A stretch of 64,000 nt of DNA, taken from assembly GCA_012295275.1 (NCBI GenBank), contig CM022675.1:17112001-17176000 (forward strand). Direction: 5' to 3'. Below the pieces are notes generated by a model. The model did no database searches, was not told where the DNA came from, and saw nothing but the letters and a program-made list of their open reading frames with translations. This document shows positions 63,412-64,000 of the stretch, in pieces. Numbering within the stretch: position 1 is the first letter of the stretch; every line of letters starts with the position of its first letter. The stretch is from Chrysomallon squamiferum. Its lineage: Eukaryota > Animalia > Mollusca. The position numbers and the translations under genes were made by a program.

Positions 63412-63732
63412 TCAAGATATCACATCTGTTGCTGGATGATAACCATTGTTAGCTTGTCTATCTCTTTCACACCTGGTCACATAATGCAATCCATGAGAAC
63501 CGTACGCTTCATAATTCTCAAACATGGTACCATCAAGTAATTGTGGCTTGTATTTTTTTAAGAAGTAACAGTCACATTCAACTTCCACATGCTCCATTAA
63601 CGCCTTGTCTTCAGCATCATGTGTTTGCATGACTGTAATAATGTCTCTTTCATAGAAAGTAGGATGACATTCAAATTCATCCAGTGATTCCTGCATTTTC
63701 TCATCAATTTCATAGATTTCACCAATGACATT
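63412..63732 (-). CDS. GGACT: Gamma-glutamylaminecyclotransferase-like (AIG2/GGCT fold), last coding exon
   Basis: VIGEIYEIDEKMQESLDEFECHPTFYER...CYFLKKYKPQLL...ENYEAYGSHGLHYVTRCER aligns with GGACT GEVYxVDxxMLxFLDxFE...YDxxGxHGLRY, including the catalytic Glu. Acceptor ttttcag at 63733. Confidence 0.85.
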   Translation of the reverse strand, partial: NVIGEIYEIDEKMQESLDEFECHPTFYERDIITVMQTHDAEDKALMEHVEVECDCYFLKKYKPQLLDGTMFENYEAYGSHGLHYVTRCERDRQANNGYHPATDVIS

Positions 63733-63850
63733 CTGAAAAATATTGTATAAATTTCCTATTACTGTTGACCCATAACTGTTTCTGGAAATAAGGAACAAAG
63801 GAAAAACCACAAAGTTTGAACTTACAACTATATCCCAGTTGAAACCTTAC

Positions 63851-63914
63851 TTCTAGATACTGTTTGTCCCACAACAAGGTAGGAATAAATTTTATAAATG
63901 CACCCACAACTATC
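63851..63914 (-). CDS. GGACT: Probable preceding GGACT-like exon (IVVGAFIKFIPTLLWDKQYLE)
   Basis: GAA|gtaagg donor is phase-0 compatible with the 63732 acceptor; weak resemblance to the GGACT LVIA...IPxLL segment. Confidence 0.5.
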
Positions 63915-64000
63915 CTAATCTAACATCACAGCAAAACCTACATTTTTCTTCATCTGTACTGTATCATATTTGTTTACATTATTGTTTATGTTTGTATACT

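Noticed and set aside
63733-63810. N-terminal part of the 132-aa ORF
   Set aside because: Probably intronic; GGACT similarity starts at the ttttcag acceptor (63733).

Overview
AT-rich, intron-dense animal genomic DNA; the style suggests an invertebrate, possibly a mollusc, but that is inference. Most of the window (1-~55.8 kb, minus strand) is one KMT2C/KMT2D (MLL3/4, Trr/Lpt family) histone H3K4 methyltransferase gene. I reconstructed 61 phase-compatible GT-AG coding exons (~5,400 codons) covering the AT-hook, ePHD1/PHD clusters, HMG box, coiled coil and a 4.55-kb giant exon. The FYR/SET end lies beyond the left edge. Head-to-head with it is a complete 5-exon CDV3 gene (+, 57381-59769), and the 3' end of a GGACT-like gene converges from the right (-). 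The most notable features are: a 13-copy Cys/His/acidic (C-x4-H-C) repeat array inside the KMT2C/D giant exon; several unannotated alternative or micro-exon candidates, including a stop-bearing exon that would give an Lpt-like SET-less isoform; an in-frame uORF whose stop abuts the start codon; a decayed THAP/DDE (ISL2EU/Harbinger-like) transposon with TIRs; and an intronic fold-back minisatellite.
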